From assembly GCA_016199025.1 (NCBI GenBank), contig JACQHM010000273.1, positions 1-29,545 on the forward strand: a stretch of 29,545 bases of DNA, written 5' to 3'. Under the pieces are notes generated by a model that saw only the letters and a list, made by a program, of their open reading frames with translations, did no database searches and was not told where the DNA came from. The position numbers and the translations under genes were made by a program. Origin of the DNA: Candidatus Methylomirabilota bacterium (GTDB lineage Bacteria; Methylomirabilota; Methylomirabilia; Methylomirabilales; JACQHM01). Of the stretch, positions 26,070 through 29,545 are shown piece after piece. Numbering within the stretch: position 1 is the stretch's first letter; every line of letters begins with the position of its first letter.

Positions 26070-27248
26070 ATGCATGAAGCAGTCATCGTGTCGGCGGTCA
26101 GGACGGCCGTGGGAAAGGCCCCGCGCGGGACACTTAGCCAGACCAGGCCCGAAGAGATGGGGGCCGCCGCCGTGAAGGAAGCGGTGAAACGGGCGGCAGG
26201 CATTTCCCCTGAAGAGGTCGACGATGTCGTGATCGGCTGCGCCATGCCCGAGGGGGAACAGGGACTGAACATGGCCAGGATCATCTCCTTGAAGGCCGGC
26301 CTCCCCTCCACCGTCCCGGCCCAGACCATCAACCGCTTCTGCTCGTCGGGCCTCCAGGCCATCGCCATCGCTGCCGAAAAGGTCATGTGCGGTTTTGCGA
26401 AGGCGGTCGTGGCCGGCGGGGTGGAAAGCATGAGCCGGGTCCCGGCCATGGGCCACACCTTTGCCCCCGATCCCACCCTCGCCGAGGTCAACCCGGATGT
26501 CTATCTGGGGATGGGGCTCACGGCAGAGAACCTCGTCAAAAAGTACAAGATCCCACGAGAAGAACAGGACCAGTTCGCTTACCAGAGCCATGGGAAGGCC
26601 ATGAGAGCGATCCAGGAGGGGCGCTTCAAGGAGGAGACAGTTCCTTTCCAGGTGATAAGGAAAGAGGTGACCGAAGAGGGCAAAGTTGTTAAAAGAGAGG
26701 TCACCTTCGAGGTGGATGAGGGGGTCCGATTCGATACGTCTTTAGAAGCCCTGGCCAAGCTGAAACCGGTCTTCCATGCGAAAGGGACGGTTACGGCTGG
26801 GAACTCCTCTCAGACAAGCGACGGGGCCGCGGCGGTCGTCGTCATGGCCAGGGAAGAGGCCGAGCGGCGTGGCATCCGACCGCTGGGGATGTTTCGGTCC
26901 TTTGCGGTTGCGGGGGTGCCTCCTGAGATTATGGGGATCGGGCCGGTGGCCGCGGTGCCAAAGGCCCTCCAGTTGGCCGGCCTCTCCCTTGGCCAGATCG
27001 AGCTGATCGAGCTAAACGAGGCCTTCGCCGCCCAGGCCCTGGCCGTTCTCAAAGAGCTTGGGCTGACCCCCGAGATCCTGAACGTGAACGGGGGTGCCAT
27101 CGCGTTAGGCCACCCCCTGGGCTGCACCGGGGCGAAGCTCACGACCACCCTCCTCTATGAGATGAGGAGGCGAGGGGCCCGCTATGGCCTCGTCACCATG
27201 TGTATCGGCGGCGGGATGGGGGCCGCCGGCATCTTTGAGCGAATCTAA
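26070..27248 (+). CDS. fadA: Acetyl-CoA C-acyltransferase (thiolase)
   Basis: [11 protein letters not shown] (catalytic Cys), [43 protein letters not shown] 26070 fits SD spacing better than 26064. Confidence 0.93.
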   Translation: MHEAVIVSAVRTAVGKAPRGTLSQTRPEEMGAAAVKEAVKRAAGISPEEVDDVVIGCAMPEGEQGLNMARIISLKAGLPSTVPAQTINRFCSSGLQAIAIAAEKVMCGFAKAVVAGGVESMSRVPAMGHTFAPDPTLAEVNPDVYLGMGLTAENLVKKYKIPREEQDQFAYQSHGKAMRAIQEGRFKEETVPFQVIRKEVTEEGKVVKREVTFEVDEGVRFDTSLEALAKLKPVFHAKGTVTAGNSSQTSDGAAAVVVMAREEAERRGIRPLGMFRSFAVAGVPPEIMGIGPVAAVPKALQLAGLSLGQIELIELNEAFAAQALAVLKELGLTPEILNVNGGAIALGHPLGCTGAKLTTTLLYEMRRRGARYGLVTMCIGGGMGAAGIFERI

Positions 27249-27324
27249 AAGCGGGCGAGATCCGAGCTCCAGTTCATGTCGTGTATGGACCCCAGATTAG
27301 CAGCCTAGCCTTGTCGGAAGGACC

Positions 27325-27726
27325 ATGACCCCTAAATGGATGCTCCTGGGAGCACTGATAGTTATTGGTGTCTCCATCTGGCTGGGTCAGCAGATTGAAC
27401 TTACTAGGCATTGGAGCGCGGCAATCCTCCTTTTCGCGATTCCTTTGTTAGTGATAGTGGTTTTAGTCCTCGGCTTCGCTAGGAGGAGGTCACCCTCGCC
27501 TAAAGAGATAGACTTGGCTGCTCTCGCCGTTGAGGTAAAGATGCTCCGCGGTGAAATCTCGGCGCTCCGTCAGAACATGGCCATGCTAGACGGATACCTC
27601 CAGAGGCAAGCGGAGCACGACGTGCGCCTTGCGGCCATCGAGACCACTATACATGCCATCGACAAAAAGCTTTCTGTTTTGACACAAGGGAGAGAGGAAA
27701 ATCAGAGGTTGGAGGAAAGGGGATGA
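27325..27726 (+). CDS. Hypothetical protein, two TM helices plus C-terminal coiled coil
   Basis: Two hydrophobic segments, basic RRR stop-transfer, heptad-like LAVEVKMLRGEISALRQNMAMLDGYL; SD GGAAGGA. Confidence 0.65.
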   Translation: MTPKWMLLGALIVIGVSIWLGQQIELTRHWSAAILLFAIPLLVIVVLVLGFARRRSPSPKEIDLAALAVEVKMLRGEISALRQNMAMLDGYLQRQAEHDVRLAAIETTIHAIDKKLSVLTQGREENQRLEERG

Positions 27727-27738
27727 TACATCAGCTGG

Positions 27739-27999
27739 ATGCCATTTATAAGGCATTCAAAAAAGGTGCGGCCTGATCAAATTGGGCCAGGCGACGAGAT
27801 CATAGTAGTTAAGCTAGCTGGAATATCCCCAGAGCGTATTGTCCGGGTTCTCAACGTGCTCGAGCAAGACCTTCGCCGCGGGCGCCATATTGATACAGGA
27901 TCGCTTCTATTTGAAGAGGTTAAGCAAAGGATTCTCAGCGCTGTTGAGCGTTATGCTGACGTCCTGAAGGAGATCGGAATTTACTTGCTAAAGAAGTGA
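27739..27999 (+). CDS. Hypothetical protein (possibly starts at 27723 across a +1 frameshift)
   Basis: 86-aa open frame; the better SD/ATG is at 27723 in a different frame. Confidence 0.55.
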   Translation: MPFIRHSKKVRPDQIGPGDEIIVVKLAGISPERIVRVLNVLEQDLRRGRHIDTGSLLFEEVKQRILSAVERYADVLKEIGIYLLKK

Positions 28000-28215
28000 A
28001 GTCGTAAAGACGCGCAGTTGCCCTTCAAGGCGACCTCGTCCGGCACGGTCATTAGGAGCGTTACGCGAACCCGGGGGACATCCGTGAAACCCTGGAACCG
28101 GTGCTCCTTGAATGGGCGATACCTATACGCCGAAGCGAAGGCTGCCTGTAATGGGCAGGAGGTGAGAGATGAAAAGGATTGGGGACGCTATGGATAAACG
28201 CTGGAGAGGGAGGGT

Positions 28216-28446
28216 ATGAAGCGTCGAATGACGAAGATGGAGGCCCAAGCCTTTAAGGCACGATGGGAGGCTATAAACGCCGCCGAGCGGGAAGAGTTGC
28301 GCACGACCTCTCTGGCGCATAAGTTGCGGCAACTCGCTGTGCTCATGGCTTCGGCGGGGAAATTCGGGTGGACCGAGGCCCTCGCGGCGGACGACGCCGA
28401 GGTCCGGGACCGCTGGAATCGACTCAGAAGGCTGCAGCGTGTCTGA
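28216..28446 (+). CDS. Small helical protein, putative antitoxin (MenA1-like position and size)
   Basis: SD GGAGAGGGAGG; 76 aa; overlaps the nucleotidyltransferase start. Confidence 0.65.
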   Translation: MKRRMTKMEAQAFKARWEAINAAEREELRTTSLAHKLRQLAVLMASAGKFGWTEALAADDAEVRDRWNRLRRLQRV

Positions 28447-29032
28447 AATGGAGCCTCTGATACCCCTTCTGGCTGTCCTGCGGGATCTGGTGGACTGGTT
28501 GCAGACTGGGCGCGTCCCGGGCGTCGTGATTGGTGGGGTGGCCGCCTCGTTCCTCGGCCGTCCTCGGTTGACGCGGGATGTGGACGTCCTCGTACTCCTC
28601 GATGAAGGACGTTGGGAGGAGTTCCTCGCCTTGGGAGCACGGTTCGGATTCCTCCCGCGGCTCCCGAACACCCTTACCTTCGCCCGGCAGACGCGAGTGC
28701 TTCTTGTGCGTCATGAGCCAAGCGGCATTGACGTGGACATCTCCTCTGGCACCCTACCTTTCGAAGAGGAGAGCATTGCACGGGCTTTGCTGGTAGATGT
28801 CGGTGGGTTCTCGATCCCGCTCCCCACCCCCGAAGACTTGATCATCATGAAGGCCGTTGCCCATCGCCCACGCGACTTGGCCGATATCGAATCCGTATTG
28901 GACACCCGTCCAAAGCTGAACCTGCGGCGCGTGCGCCGGTGGGTGCGTGAATTCTCCGCCGCTCTGGAGATGCCGGAGATCCTCACCGACCTGGAAACCA
29001 TTCTGGCCCAAAGGCGGCACCGGAAGAGATGA
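28439..29032 (+). CDS. Nucleotidyltransferase, DUF6036/AbiEii/MenT1-like putative toxin
   Basis: IGGVAASFLGRPRLTRDVDVLV (GG-x-A...R-x-T-x-D-x-D), PEDLIIMK, RPRDLADI; 197 aa. Confidence 0.8.
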   Translation: MSEMEPLIPLLAVLRDLVDWLQTGRVPGVVIGGVAASFLGRPRLTRDVDVLVLLDEGRWEEFLALGARFGFLPRLPNTLTFARQTRVLLVRHEPSGIDVDISSGTLPFEEESIARALLVDVGGFSIPLPTPEDLIIMKAVAHRPRDLADIESVLDTRPKLNLRRVRRWVREFSAALEMPEILTDLETILAQRRHRKR

Positions 29033-29152
29033 TGTCCGTGGATGCGGAGGGAGGGTCCCGTTGAGATCGTGGCGATCAAATAGAATGTCTGGTGAGGTAG
29101 CGAGGATGATCCTCAGCGCACTATCGAGGCATAGCCTGTGGGGAGACCCGCG

Positions 29153-29545
29153 ATGAGTGCCTTAAGCCAGCTTCAAAACCTTCTCTCCGACCTTTTCCAA
29201 CTGGATCTCGCGGACCTGGACTTCGGCCTGTACCGCTTGCTTCGTCTGAAACGCCAGGAAGTGGAGGCGTTTCTCACCGAGCAACTCCCCCGCCGGGTGG
29301 ATGAGGCGTTCCAGAGCATGGCTGGCGAAGAGCGCGCCGTCTTGGAGAGAGAGGTCTCCGACCTGGCCGAACGCATCCGGAAGGAGATCAACGAGGACGC
29401 TCTTTTCGACAGCGGTGAGGTAAAACCGGACTACCGCGACACGAAGATCAAGGCTGCACGGGAACTCCTGGCGAACTACGAGGCCAAACGCCAGCATCTT
29501 CAGTCTATCCAGGCCACCGAAGCCCAGAAGGCCGAGGTCTTCAAC
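29153..29545 (+). CDS. Probable type III restriction-modification methyltransferase (Mod), N-terminal part only
   Basis: Hand translation MSALSQLQNLLSDLFQLDLADLDFGLYRLLRLKRQEVEAFL...KAEVFN. LFQLD--DLDFG-YR and EVFN resemble the N-terminus of long type III Mod proteins. Catalytic motifs lie beyond the window. Not in the ORF track. Confidence 0.65.
   Translation, partial: MSALSQLQNLLSDLFQLDLADLDFGLYRLLRLKRQEVEAFLTEQLPRRVDEAFQSMAGEERAVLEREVSDLAERIRKEINEDALFDSGEVKPDYRDTKIKAARELLANYEAKRQHLQSIQATEAQKAEVFN

Noticed and set aside
28000-28150. Possible gene remnant (LREPGDIRETLEPVLLEWAIP)
   Set aside because: No start and no recognisable motif; cannot be supported without a search.
29029-29156. Short ATGA-overlapping ORFs between the NTase and the Mod-like gene
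   Set aside because: Only 11-23 codons with no motif; compatible with chance.
29162-29497. 111-aa minus-strand ORF
   Set aside because: Antisense to the Mod-like frame, which has recognisable motifs.
1-29545. tRNA, rRNA, riboswitch, integrase or IS transposase
   Set aside because: Gaps are short and explained by repeats, remnants or RBSs; no such motif was seen by eye. An Infernal/Rfam scan would be needed to exclude ncRNAs at 23195-23594 and 28000-28168.

Overview
GC-rich bacterial DNA with three blocks. (1) 1-22066 is an almost continuous minus-strand run of carboxylic-acid uptake and activation genes. In transcription order: a five-gene Liv-type ABC transporter, a divergent malate synthase A, a 902-aa tandem family III CoA-transferase, an AtoE-type transporter, a binding-protein remnant, a GctAB-type family I CoA-transferase, a 64-aa Cys-rich protein, a second Liv-type ABC system with an embedded acyl-CoA synthetase and two binding proteins, an SDR, and a further LivF cut by the window edge. 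(2) 22099-23200 holds a small TA-like pair and the two ends of a deleted Zn-ribbon/ATPase/TPR gene, followed by a repeat-rich divergent spacer with a clear sigma70 promoter driving fadN-fadA (23595-27248). (3) 27325-29545 looks like the start of a defence island: two unknown genes, a MenA1/MenT1-like nucleotidyltransferase TA pair and the 5' end of a probable type III R-M methyltransferase. Several short repeat families (7-bp arrays, GTAG-REP doublets, CCCTCCCCC hairpins) sit at module junctions. No rRNA, tRNA, CRISPR array or transposase was seen. Family assignments rest on motifs recalled from memory; no searches were run.
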